NCBI RefSeq assembly: GCF_006345805.1
Contig: NC_043000.1
Span: forward strand, 43,710,001 to 43,774,000
DNA: 64,000 nucleotides
Reading direction: 5' to 3'
Source of the DNA: Octopus sinensis
Taxonomy: Eukaryota
In this document: positions 13,011-26,130 of the stretch, piece by piece
Layout: every line of letters starts with the position of its first letter
Position numbering within the stretch: position 1 is the first letter of the stretch
Translations under genes and position numbers: made by a program
Notes under the pieces: model-generated
Databases searched by the model: none
Told to the model about the DNA's origin: nothing
The model's input: the letters and a program-made list of their open reading frames with translations, nothing else

Positions 13011-14161
13011 CTATCTCACTTTCAAATATACTCTTTAGGTCTGTCATTTAATTGAGGCTGAATACACTGTTCAAGTCAGAGACGTTTACATCGTTAACAC
13101 AACTGTGAATTAAATGTCTCTACTCGATACTTTTAAAGAATATATCCTGTTATATAAAACATCTAAATACTACTAACCACCGTCTTAATTCGTATGGATT
13201 TCTGAAGTGCAGACATTTAAGATTTACTACTGTAAAGATGGATGTAGAAAGCAAACTTTCAATATCTGAATTTAACTTTCACAAATGAATTCATATCTCA
13301 GTAAGGAAAAAGCGATATCCAAATAATTCCAATAAATATATTGTTATTTCGTGATATAAAGTCTCGAATTGTGTACGAAATAGAGTAGTACGTTAAGTTA
13401 TTTTAATTTGTGAGTCATATTTTGTTTCTTATAAATTACATTCAATAGGACTTTTCTTCTCATGTCAGATTGGAATGTAAATAACGCCAGTTAAAATTAC
13501 AAATCTTGTGAGCAATTTTCATACTATATGCTATGATGCAATAATCGTTTGGCATAATGAAAGTACTCTAAAAAGAGTCAATATAATTCATGATACTGAA
13601 TGAATGTGTTGACTTATGGCGACTTTTCATGATCGATTCTGAGATTAGTTTTAAGGCTTGAAGTATTACTATAAAACTTGTATAGTTGCTAAATATCTTT
13701 CATGTTTAAAATGATAGACCGTATTTTGTTATCAAAATATGTTTCACTGAATGAGGTTGGTGCTACTTATAGCCATAAGAAGTGTAAGTGTGTGACTAAA
13801 GTATTCTATTTCCTCCAATGGTTAAACAATATGAGATTAAAATCTCTTAATATTTAACTTATGAAGAATATATAAAAATACAAACATATTTGCAAATATA
13901 ATACGTGGACATTAAATATATGCGTCTACAGATATAGTTAATGTTATATACTACAATGTTGTTTAGCTACAGAAAAGAAACCAAGTATTATTGGCCTCGC
14001 ATGAGTGGCTCAGTGGTAAGAAGTCTGCTTCCTAACCACTTGGTTCCGGGTTTAGTTCCACTGTGTGGAACCTTGGGCAAGTGTATTCTACTATAGCCGC
14101 GGTCCGACCAAAGTCTTGTGAGTGAATTTGGCAGACGGAAAACACAAGGAACCCCGTCGTG

Positions 14162-14203
<42 letters not shown>

Positions 14204-14213
14204 CACAAACATA

Positions 14214-14650
14214 CAGGGAGTAATTAGACACCTTTAATTTTCAAAATCTTTTATTTAATACGCAAAGCGAACAATTGAAATGTAATCGATAGATAGGACT
14301 ACATACTTTAGTATTTAGTTGATATTCGCTTTGCAGTTTTTAATTCAGAACTATTTTTGGCATTGAACTGATGGGCTTTGTGATTGTCTCTTGTGGAATT
14401 TCTACCCACTTTTCACGCAACAATCGAAACAATTCTTCTTTAGAATTATGTTTCCGTCGAGATTTTCATATTGATTTCATCTAGCATGCTCTACAGATTT
14501 TCAAGTGGGTTGAAGTCAGGGAAGCTTTTTGATCTCATTTTTAGTCAGCCATTGTTGATTCCTTTCCGCTGTGTGTCATGTATCCCCATCTTCCATGAGT
14601 AAAAACTCATTTTTCGTGTGAATACATTGAAAGTATTTCGATCTATTTTT
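14214..14650 (-). mobile_element. Tc1-like transposon 3' fragment
   Basis: TA|CAGGG terminus. Reverse strand reads PDFNPLENL*SMLDEIN...KEELFRLLREKW (SPDLNPIENLW motif). Confidence 0.75.
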
Positions 14651-14660
14651 CAGAGTTTAT

Positions 14661-14751
14661 GGGCATATGGCGTAGTGGTTAAGAGCGCAGGCTACTAACT
14701 CCAAGATTCAGAGTTCAAGTTAAGGCATTGGCCTGAATAATAATAATAATA

Positions 14752-14805
<54 letters not shown>

Positions 14806-14985
14806 TAATAATAATAATAATATTAATAATAATAATAATAGCATTGAAAAATACCTTAGGAAGGAGAACCCACGTTAGAAATTTCCCCATAAGACCCGAT
14901 GAAGTGTGGAGGGTATATCAACCGAAAAGTTGTGTTAATAACAAACAAGATGAGGACAAATAACCGCCAAATGTAAATAATGTAA
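14661..14985 (+). mobile_element. tRNA-headed SINE with internal (AAT)n and degenerate hammerhead-like 3' part
   Basis: A box TGGCGTAGTGG and B-box-like GAGTTCAAGT; (AAT)n at 14736-14840; CCGATGA...CGAAAAGTT at 14896-14931. Confidence 0.65.
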
Positions 14986-16394
14986 GCCGATGTTGTTTTG
15001 TTTACGTCCCCGTAAGCTAGCGGTTCGGTAAAAGAAACCAAGCAGTCCTGGGATCGAAGTGTTTGACTAAAGGGGATGCTGAAACAAGTAAAAGAATATA
15101 TCTTGTATATATTTATGATAATCTAGATAATCTAACCTCTTTGACTCCACTGTATCTCACTCTTGATTTTGTCTTTTTGTATAATTTTTAATGAGCTTTT
15201 AAATACCTATATCATTATATGAAGAAAACAAGAGGCACCCGTTTTACGTCAATCGCTATAAAAGAATCCAAAGTGGGCAAAATGAAATATACATTATTAT
15301 ATTTCAACCAAGTTTGCATTGACAGAAACAATAGCTCTGAATCACGATCACAATGTACATTCGTGAATAAAATTAAGACTGTCGCTTATATTCTAGAATA
15401 CATTCCGAATATACTCGTGTAAAGAATGTATTGTTTATTTACATATTTATTTGATACTGTGTGAAAACTAAGAGTCGATACACATGCATCGGCAATCTTT
15501 GTAGAAAGATGTATGTTGTTTTCCTAATTCGCAGTAAATTATAGACGAACATAACATATGGGAATGTAAGCAAACATCTACATTATGAATAAAGCAAGAA
15601 CCTGTATATTTAAAAATGTGACAGAATACATATACACACAGGTACTCCCACCCCACACGTGCTCACACATATATACATGTATATATACATATATGTATAC
15701 ATGTATAAAATGGCTTCAGTACAATGTCTTCATTATGCAGTAAATAGTTCTCTTTACAAAGTAATTGCTTCAGATTAATACGTCAAGTAGACTCTGATGA
15801 TCAGATTAAATCACGTCAATGAAAATTGGCAAGCGTAAGACAGTTAATAATGCTCTTTAGAAGGTAAATTTATTATATCAAAGAATCGTTGTATTTATCG
15901 TGAGAAACAGAAATGTAAAATACAAACAGTTTGAGAGAATCTATATGTTCTGTATAACAAAATAATTACGCCGCATTTATGCATATAATGCCTGGTATGT
16001 ATGTTTTATATCATGCAGTTAGTTAAAAGAAACATATTTGAATAAAAATAAGATTTAGAAGAATGAAAATAAAAGCAAAAGAATTTCAGAAATAGGGAAA
16101 AAACCCAAAAGGTACTGATATTTAGAATATAAACTAAATTAGTGTAAACCAGTAGGAAGATGAAGAGAAATATCTGGTTGATGATGATGATGATGATTAT
16201 GAGGAGGAAGATTAAGTTGATGATGATGATGTCAAAGTAGAAGCAGTGGAAGTATTTATAGAAACGTACGAAAGAACAGTAATGGAAAGAAAATTTCGAA
16301 GACAGAAAATGAATTAGAAAATGGTAAATGAATTGCCGCGAAGAAGTGAGAAGCTTTTGTATTAATAGTATATCGAGTAATTATTACTTCCAAT

Positions 16395-16530
16395 ATTGCC
16401 CAGATCGAGTTTGTCTTTCGCCACTACGGGGTTAATAAAATAAGTACTAATTAAGCATTGGAGTTAATGTAGTGGACTTATCCCCCCACCTGAAATTGCT
16501 GTCTTACACCTAAATTTGAAAATAATATTG
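16395..16530 (+). mobile_element. Old SINE core/tail fragment
   Basis: GAGTTTGTCTTTCG..CGGGGTTAATAAAATAAGTAC..CCCCCACCTGAAATTGCTG resembles the SINE core of the other copies. Confidence 0.5.
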
Positions 16531-18149
16531 ACTAAGCTGGTGGATTAACTGATAAGAAATTGAGCCGAGAAAAATGGTCACTGTCAAGTGCACTAGCTTT
16601 GTCTATTGCGGTCAAATGGTGCTGCAACAAATTGTTTCCTTCATGCAGCAAGTCTCGATAACAAAGTAATATTCAAGAATTAAGTCAATTTTATCGTCAT
16701 AACACCAGTATACTAGTAATGTGAGTTATTATAAGGAACATTATTCAGCAGTACCTATACATACGTAGTTTGAAATCACACCTCAAGAATATGAAATTTT
16801 TAACTGTATAAATACAATTCTGGTGGTTTTTATGTTTCTCTAGAGAATTTATATCGAATAATTTGCAGGTGTAAAGTGTGTGGGGCATGTGAACACTATC
16901 GATCATCTTCATTTCAAGTAATTTAATTTTCTTACTCTGCACATCTATGCTTCAAAACTCTCTTCCTACAAGATAATAGTTTGAAAAGAGGATATTATGA
17001 GCCAAAATGTACAAAGAAGAGTACAGTCCAAAATAAATATTAAAGAGCTCAAAACAACGCAAAGAAATGAAACGTGAAAAGAAAATTATTATATCATTAT
17101 CATCAATACAATTTCTTTATGCCTAAACATAAGATTTCCCTGCGTCGGGCACAACGTTAAGTCTTCCACAAAAGATAATGATCACCAATGAGTCCATCAG
17201 CGTCAAAAGCGCAATTCTTACTGGGAACAAAGCTTGGGTTAGTTTAAACTTATTCATTTGTCCATGAATGCCGTTTCGAATTTGGAGACTCAAAATTTAA
17301 AAACTTATAAATTATCTCAAACGTATCTTTTTGGATACCGATGCCTTCAGGAATCTCTGCAAAATGCAAGATCGTTATCAAACCGGATGGCAATTGAGGC
17401 ATCCTTGTAGACTTGCGAAGCACCCCGCATCGGCAGGAAGCACTCCACGAGATCGAAGGACTCTCCTTTTAGAGCCAGAGGGGTAACGATTTCATTAGCC
17501 ATTGTCCCAAACCTGTTCACTATGGTGTGTGACCTTATCCATTCCAGTTCGCTTCTACCATCTGTCCCTAACCCCAATGTGATCAAAATTCCAAATACCA
17601 CAATAAAATTTGCCCTCATTTCTCAAACTAGGTACTCCCGATGGCCATGTCGTCTCCAGCTGTAGTTGTATTACTGAGCTCCACCTGGCGTGATTTGTAA
17701 TAATATTCTCGCCTCTGGATCCTGTTTTACATTAAAAGTAAAAATCTCGACTCAAACCTATTTATATATATCTCTCTTCCTCCGCCTGGGTAGTCCAAAT
17801 AATCACAAAACGCAGACATCTTAGATACCAGAAGTCTACCAGCCCTTAAGCACTTCGAAGACCAACGAACTATACTTGTACATGCCACTACCCAAATCCT
17901 TCCCGTAGCTAAGATTGTCCCGATTTTCTAGAAAATTTTACGTCGAAATTAATGCTGTCTCTGCAAAAGGCAGAATGGGTAACAGGCATGCAAAGTTTAG
18001 TAGACTACATTTTTACGTAATTAATATCATTGGTAAGCACATCGTTGACCAATTTGATGGACCATTGCAGACGTGTACGGTTGTTATATAGTTGATTGTG
18101 TCACTACTACGCCACACATCATACAACAGCTTACTGCCTTCGTATCTTT

Positions 18150-18560
18150 CATTAACTTCTTTCACCCTGTCCTGGAATTTAAATCCGCTATATCTCCATG
18201 ACTAAAACCAACGTCTATTTCGCAACCTCCGTCTATTACAGGGCTGCATCCCTATCTCTGCTGCAGTTTCTTTCAGTCTTCATACACTAAATCTGCCATA
18301 ACATCGTCTTATTTACTTCAGGATTGTCGATTCTGCAAGTTCGATGAAAATTTAGAACCCAAGTTAATAGTATGCACTATTTATTTCTTAAATGCTTTGA
18401 GGCTCCTTCATTCCGCCAGACCTTGTTAGACACACCAACAAACCTAATTCTAGTCTCTTTCCCTTTCGAAACATGCACTGAACGACAATATCAAACTTGT
18501 CAATATACAGGGTTAATTGGATTAGTGTTCTTCTAATCTTACATCTTATCCTTTCCTCAG
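18150..18560 (-). mobile_element. Decayed RTE-like LINE fragment
   Basis: Reverse strand RIRFVGVSNKVWRNEGASKHLRNK...RDRDAAL..TEV resembles RTE post-RT sequence; many stops. Confidence 0.4.
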
Positions 18561-19602
18561 TAATCCCGTTCTGGTCCTTCTACTCACATTTCATAAACGT
18601 TTTCCAATCCTCCTCCTTTGTATTCTCAACCGCACTACGCATCGTCATTTAATTTATATTCCCCACCAAAATTCTCCTATTACTCAGAATATGTATGGAA
18701 CTCACGCTCTTTTAACTTCCTCATATGTTGGAGCCATTTTCTCAACATATATGATTTAAAACCCAGCAGTATTCTATATGCTCTCCTGATACATTTACTT
18801 TGAAGAAGGGTTCTGCCCTAAAATATGGGTTTTCCACTCTTTCTGTCAATTTTCCTGAATAACAGAAAATTTGCCATCGCAGGCTTCAACAATTCTCTTT
18901 CGAGAATTGACTTCACTTGTTAAAATGTTTGAAGTAATTTAGTACTGGATTCAATTGAGCATATAAATATCTGTATAGTAAGAAATGATTGCAGCATTCT
19001 TATCAATTGGAGGTGCATGCCTCACAAAAGTCTTATTGACGTTACGGTATGCCAAAAACGAGACTCTCCATACGATTTTATAATATAATCTTCTGCGATT
19101 CTTCTCCATGGCAACATATCTGCAAAACCTCAGATATTCTGGAATACATTATCCTGATATAAATCTTCACTGCTTTGTTTTGAGCGTGTGAACCGTAAGA
19201 ATAATATGACGCGCATTTGCTTGTAATCTAATAAAAGAGAAAATGAACACCCTAAAAAGATAAATAGGAGAATATATAATATTTGGTATTAACATCGTTT
19301 GATACAATTGAGGAATTACACTTGGAACTTATTAATTGGAACATCAAAGCAGCTGTATATATATATAGCAATTAATGTAGACAATCATTAATAAAACACG
19401 ACGGCTGATATGCTTTGGGAGATATGGAAATAAACATAAAACGTTTGCATATAATGTTCATACCTGAAGTGTTTATGTTAAAAATAAATCATTTCCTACA
19501 TTGCACACATATATATTGCATACACTAATCCAAGAATAAGGTACCCGATTATGGACTCAAAATGCTGTGTAGAAGTAAACGTGAAAGTATACTATATAGT
19601 AT

Positions 19603-19822
19603 AGTTCTTTTCTGTACTAGGCACAAGGCCTGACATGCTTGGGGGGAGTGATCCAGTCGATTAGATCGATATCAGTCCGCAACTGATAGTTTATTTATCG
19701 AACCTCGAAAGAATGAAAGGCAAAGTCGATCTCGCCGGAATTTGAACTCAGAACGTAACAGCAAACGAAATACTGCTTAGCATTTCGCCCAGCGTGATAA
19801 CGTTTCTGCCAGCTCGCCGCTT
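19603..19822 (-). mobile_element. tRNA-derived SINE
   Basis: Reverse complement of the AGCGGCGAGCTGGCAGAAACG head, B box and core. Confidence 0.88.
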
Positions 19823-20523
19823 TTTTCTATATAGTATAGTTACAAAATATATAATCGTACATAAAAAAACAACTGATCTTTGTGTTTAGTTCACTTTAAA
19901 TTTTATTACTTAAAGGTATAAATTTACCTGATAATAGTATAAATATATCGGTTTATTTTCTCTGCTCAAATCCCGTTAGAGTAGACATTTATTTACTTTC
20001 ATTTTTCTACAGTTGAAAGCAAATGTACCACTAAATCAAAATTGTTATTGTAACGTTCATACGGATATTGCAATGCTATTATATTGTGCAATGGCAGTAA
20101 TGTTAGAAATCTTACAGAACCATAGGATTTTGAGATACATATATAGATATTCTCTTAGTGTTATGTAGCAAATTTTGAAATCCCGGTGTGTTTTGGCAAG
20201 TGAAATTATTTTGAAAAATATGCTGTCCAAATGAATTACAAATATGTTGTAAATAAACTGTGTAATCAGCATGAAAAATGTACATTTCTTTTTTGTAATT
20301 ATTTACTGGAAATACAACAGCAAATGGTACTAAATAGCAAGTGACGAATGTTATGAAATATTAATGCATACATCGCAAACTAGAAAAATACATCAGTTGC
20401 AAAAACGGTGTAATATTCATCATAGCGTGCGTCAAAGGAGAAGTTAATTTACAAATTTTACTCTCCAAAAATATTGAAATATTCTCCTGTGCATTTAGCG
20501 TACATGCAAACCTCATCATCATA

Positions 20524-20660
20524 CTATCTATATCACACACACGCACACACACACACACGCACACAAATACACACACACACACACTCATATATACACACAC
20601 GCACAAATACATATGCATACAGACACACGCACAAGCACATACAGGCATATATACATGTAC
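20524..20660. repeat. (CA)n-rich microsatellite
   Basis: Directly visible. Confidence 0.9.
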
Positions 20661-21821
20661 ACTTATGTTTGAATGTGTGTCCGTATCATTTACTTAGGCT
20701 TCAACGTTGCTGGTGTAGTTGAAGAGACGCCGTGATATACCACGAAACGTAAGCAGTTATATACTCGGAGGACGAATCCGATTCTTGGTTATATGGCCGC
20801 TGACATCCCGGTGCCTGAAAAAAGCAAAGAATTAGAATTAATGACAGAGAAGAATCGACTCCAGGGCAAAGCATGTGCATTATTCACGGACAGCTAAATG
20901 CTAAGTCAATTTAACATCGGCTTAATACGAAATAAGAGCGAAAATGCTGCTCCAATTCGAACACAATTTATGCGCACGCTAACGTTTCTGACATTTGGTC
21001 GCCCTCTGCGTACATACGCACATACATACACAGATATCCATTTGTGTATGTGTGTGTGCGCGCGTGTGATTGTGTGTATATATATACTTACAGATAATTA
21101 TTTGTATATTACATGTTTTTATACATCAAATAACTTGTATCATATATCATATATTAGCGCTTTCGTCCATGCTGGTTGAGTTTTCAGATTGAACTAAGTT
21201 CCTGTGGAAACGTTTTGACCATTGTGTGGTGTTATTGAGTGTGTAGTGTTGGGGAGGGATATAAGATATTACAAGAGGGTGATGAATGCTGAGAAAGTGA
21301 GAGAGAGCGTGTGTGTGTGTATATGTGTGCGTGTGAGTGCGTGTGTGTGTTTTTGTAAGAAAAAATATATATAATGTATATATATAATGTATATATATAT
21401 AAATATATATATACACACACACACCCTAAATAAGACATATATGTATGTCTTATATGGGGGGGGGTATGTGCGTGTGTGTGTTTATGCATGTGTCTTGTTA
21501 TATGAATATATATGTTTAGCTGTAATATCACTAATAAATCCGGAAATTGTGTTATTTTTTTTACATCTGAAGACTTTTTATTCATGAAATTTAAATGCCT
21601 GTCTAAAGAGCAATGACTACTAGTTTCGGAAAGCTTTCGTCTGTCCTTCCGTATTGCTACTGATATTCATAGTCTAGAAAACTAAATCGGAAACATGTGA
21701 ATAGATGCATTGCTAAAACGACCTACTTTCTGCTAGAAATTACTGATACTTTGTTAAAGTCAATCTCTTAAATGTAATTGAAACATCAAATCGATAGCAA
21801 TATTATGCAAGTTCTTTTTGA

Positions 21822-22040
21822 AAGCCGTGAGCTAGTAGAACCGTTAGCAAGCCGGACAATAATCTTATCGGCATTTAGCCCGTCTTTATATTCTGAGTTC
21901 AAATGTCACTGAAGTCGCCTTTGCCTCTCATCATATTTTAAGCGATAGAGTAAGTGCTTGATTAGTACCGGCGTCGATTTAAACGGCTCACTCCCTCCCA
22001 CTGTGTTGCTGGCCTTGTGACAAACTTTGAAACCAATATG
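21822..22040 (+). mobile_element. Older tRNA-derived SINE
   Basis: GTGAGCTAGTAGAACCGTTAGC head, CTGAGTTCAAAT B box, GTCGCCTTTGCCT core. Confidence 0.75.
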
Positions 22041-23143
22041 ATACAGGTCTTCAGTAATGAAGGACTTTCTAGTACTCTATGCTCAACTCATTTAATAGAA
22101 CAACTAGAAAAACAATTGACCATCTCATCTTCAGTTACTCTATGAGAAAAAACAATTGAGTATATCAATTGTCAATTTATACTACATAATATGCCATCAG
22201 TTTAGACACCCTTATGAGAAGAATCATCTTAAGCTTGCAAATGTAATGGAGACATAGTCTTGATTATTTTCTGTGATATTACAATTCCAACGTAGCAAGC
22301 TAGGCACGCTAATACAGCAGATATCATGTAAAACCACATTGACAATATATGTCTCATAAATATATGAAAGTCATCTGGCATCAGCACCTCTAATATGACG
22401 TGAACCTCGGAATACAAGTTTTTCAGTGTGTAACATATAGAAAAGGCAAATGAACTTGTGAAAAGGAAAGCTTTTCAAGATAATACTAAATTGCCATTTT
22501 AAATGCTATGATCAATTTCCAATAACCCAAAATCCTTATTTAAAAATCCCTATCCATTCCCATGGGCATAGTTCAATTTCTAAAAAAAACGGCGTGATCC
22601 TGATATCACTGAAGCTTTTAAAGGTTCTCAATTTTGCAATACTTATAACGAACTTTAAGGACAACAAGCAAGAAACCACCAGAAACACGCAAGCACAATA
22701 TAGCAAGTAACTGCAGCCTATAAAGTGATGTGGGTAGGAAAAGTAAATAATATTAGCAGTAGGTGCCCGGTGTTGACCCAGAAAGACTATATCCACAGAC
22801 ATAACAGTTTGGACTTTAAAATGTGAGTAGTGTGAACTGCAATCAGAAAATGAATTGTTTAGTCATACACGTACAACATGTCTAAGAATTTAATGAGCAG
22901 TGTACAGTGAGATGGGGAGATGATATTGCTCCGAAGGACGAAGGAGAGCCAAGATAAACTGAATTCGGTTCAGGAAATCAGGTCCAAGGGATGAAAATAT
23001 ATCAGTAAAATAAATGGTCTAATTATCGCAATATAAACATCTGGAAATAGATAAGTTATCCTACATATTAATGACTAAAATTGTAGTTACTTTGGGAATG
23101 AAGTTAAAAAGAAGCAAGTAAATTCATAAACAAATCTTTAGGA

Positions 23144-23254
23144 CATATATACATACATATATACATACATATATATATATATACATATATACATACACAC
23201 ACACACACACACACACACATACATATATATATATACATATATACATACATATAT

Positions 23255-23285
<31 letters not shown>

Positions 23286-23290
23286 GTATA
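23144..23290. repeat. (TA)n/(CA)n microsatellite
   Basis: Directly visible. Confidence 0.95.
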
Positions 23291-23464
23291 TAAAATACGG
23301 TAAATAAGAGCGTAAAGCGGTGAACACATCTTACATTGCGCACTATCTATACAGTAAATATATCACAGCATTTATACCCATGGCAGAAACCAAATCTAGA
23401 GCAGTGAAAACGCGAAAAAATTTAAAACTACCCTGCAACAACATTAATAATCCTTTCTACTAAA

Positions 23465-23637
23465 TGTACATTGTCTGGAATTTGGGGAAGCGGGTTGGTC
23501 GAATATATCGACTCCAGTGCGTAATGGCACTTGTTTTGTGGATCTCAAAAAGGTGAAAGACAAATAAACTCAGCGACGGGAGAAATACCGCTAACCATTT
23601 CGTCAAGCGTGGTAATGATTCTGCTAGCTCACTGCCT
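23465..23637 (-). mobile_element. Older, internally deleted tRNA-derived SINE
   Basis: Reverse-strand head GGCAGTGAGCTAGCAGAATC with a partial core. Confidence 0.7.
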
Positions 23638-23679
23638 AACAACAGCAACTACAATAACAACAACTACAACAAAAACAAT

Positions 23680-26130
23680 AATGATTTCATCTATTTGCCA
23701 CAAGGGCGAATGGGAAGAGATAAAAGCACAAGACACCACAGATAAATAGCCCCTACCAAAAGTTAGTATGGATAAGAACCTGAAGGAGTTGATTAAAATG
23801 GGCAATAATGTAATAGATGAGATAAAAGCAACAACAACAGAACCACTAAATATATCATTGCTAAATCAACTAGCTTATGCTACAGCTGCATCTATTATTA
23901 AAGCAAAAGGCATAAAACTAAAAAAGAAAACTGCTCAACAGAAGAAAAGACAACCAAAATGGAAAGAAAAATTTGAAAAGGATATACAATGTATGTAAGG
24001 CGACCTAGCAATACTGATCGAAATAAGTAATGGGAACCAGGTCAACCAAAGAAAAGCCAATACAATATGCAAAAAGGATGGGATCAAACAAAAAAATGAA
24101 ATACCTGAATCAAAAGAAAACCTAAAGCAAAAAATCCAAGCAAAATATTAAAAGATGCAAATAATTTAGTCAAAACAAATTATTTAAAAATGGAAATAAT
24201 TTACAGGGAACTGGGTAAACAACAAATACATGTTGAGCAACTGCCAAAGAGAGAGGATATGGAAACTGCCTGGAGTACGATAAGGGAAAATGAAAAACAA
24301 CGTAATGAACATGCAGAATGGATTAAGGAACAAGAAACACTCCTGGAAAATAAAAAGTACATGAATGGGAAGATATTCAAAAGAAGTAGGTCACCCTGGC
24401 CCTGGAAAAAGACCAGCAATTGGATGTCACTGGGAATAGATCGAGTACCAAACTTCTGGATTAAACAACTAGTTGATATACATAGAGATATGTCATCAGC
24501 ATAAAAAGTCATAAAAAGTCAAAAAAACCCAGAAAATAGCCCAGACTGGTTGACACAGGGAGTGACATACCTAATACCAAAAACAAATAACACAGAAAAC
24601 ACAAAGAATTATATACCAATCATCTGTCTACCAGCAATGTATAAAATATTAACATTTGTAATCAATGAATGAACATACACATTCCTAGAAGAAAACAACC
24701 TACTACCACCAGAACCAAAAGTTTGTGGTAGAGGGAACTACGGATACAAGGACCAGTTGCTGATAAACAGACCTGAGCACATCATGGATCGATTATAAAA
24801 TGGCGTTCGATAGTGTACCTCACGCATGGATTCTGAAAGTGATGGAATTATACAGAGTATCCCCGACTCTATTCAAGTTTATAAAACACAGCATGAACAC
24901 ATAGGAAACTATATTGACGCTGAACCATTCCAGTGGATCAATAACAAGTAGACGAATCAAAATCAAAAGCGGTATATTCCAAGGGGACCCCCTGTCAACC
25001 ATAATATTCTACTTGGCACTGGCATCATTAAATACCATGCTCAAGACAACCGGGTATGGATATGAGATCAAGAAGCAAAAATGGAGTCATCTGTTTTACA
25101 AGGATTATCTGAATATGTACTCAAAAGTGACGAACAAGTTCTAATTGATACGGTTGAAACGTTCAGTGATATCAGCATGCGTGAAAGCCACTTTCATAAG
25201 AGATAAAATGGCGTGTTATGCGGATATCCACGTAAATACAGAAGCAAGAATCCGAGCGCTGGACCAGGAAGAAGCATATAAATACCTTGGCATAGACAAA
25301 AGAAACGACATAAAACATTCAGCAATAAAAGAGAAGATTAGAAAAGAGTACTACAGGAGAGTACGGTTAGTAACAAAGACTGAATTCAACGCTGCAAACA
25401 AACTAGAAGCCATTAACACTCTTGCAGTACCAATCGTAACTTACAGTTTCAAGATAACGAACTGGCCAATTAGCGAAATAAAGACGCTAGACGCCAAGAC
25501 CAGAAAACAATTATCAATGGCTCGAATGAACCACCCAAAAGCGGATGTGAACAGATTTATTTACCGAGAAGCATGGGAGGAAAAGGACCAACTCAATTAG
25601 AATTATCTTACGAAACCACCACTGTAAGATTAAATACATATCTTGAGCTGTCAAAAAATCCTCTAATGAAGATTGCACACCAGTAAAGAAGCTATACGCG
25701 GTATACAAAGAATCTGTACAGTTTAAGAAACAACTGATGACGGAGGAACGTAGGATGAAGGCGAATGAGATAGTAACCCAGTTTGCAAAAAGAGTTAAGG
25801 AAGAGATGAGAAAAACAAGCCCAGAAGAGGAGCAAAGAAGAATGGTTAGAAAAACCGATGCATGGCCGATACCCATGTAGAGTGAATAAACTAGACGTAG
25901 AAGCACGAAATATTTATGTATGGATGTAGAGCTCAGGACTGAAGGCTGAAACCGAAGGCTTTATCGTAGCAGCACAAGATCAAATGTTGTCAACCAGGGC
26001 TTACCACAACAAAATAATAAACGATGTTACTGATCAGAAATGAAGAATGTGTCATGAGCAGGATGAAACAGTGGACCACACCTTAACTGGATGAACAGCA
26101 CTTGCAAAAACCGAATATATTCATAGACAA
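23680..26130 (+). mobile_element. Decayed R4/Dong-like LINE (N-terminal region, RT, CCHC start; 3'-truncated)
   Basis: PDWLTQGVTYLIPK, NYIPIICLPAMYKILT, IKSGIFQGDPLS, SHLFYKDYL (degenerate YMDDL), YKYLGI and SGLKAETEGFIVAAQDQ. Many stops and frameshifts; preceded by an (AAC/AAT) tract. Confidence 0.88.

Larger units (their letters stand above)
14001..15100 (+). mobile_element. tRNA-derived SINE split by nested insertions (5' part 14001-14200, 3' part 14986-15100)
   Basis: Head GTGGCTCAGTGGTAAG...GGGTTTAGTTCC. The body resumes as GCCGATG..TTTACGTCCCCGTAA and ends CTGAAACAAGTAAAAGAATA. Confidence 0.8.

Noticed and set aside
20715-20760. TTGAAGA..GTGATATACCAC-GAAACGTA hammerhead-like remnant
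   Set aside because: C3 is substituted, the stem II register is off and there is no adjacent stem I; at best a dead relic.
22229-22802. Two hydrophobic minus-strand ORFs as membrane-protein exons
   Set aside because: No recognisable family motif or consistent splice frame; hydrophobic ORFs arise readily in T-rich DNA.
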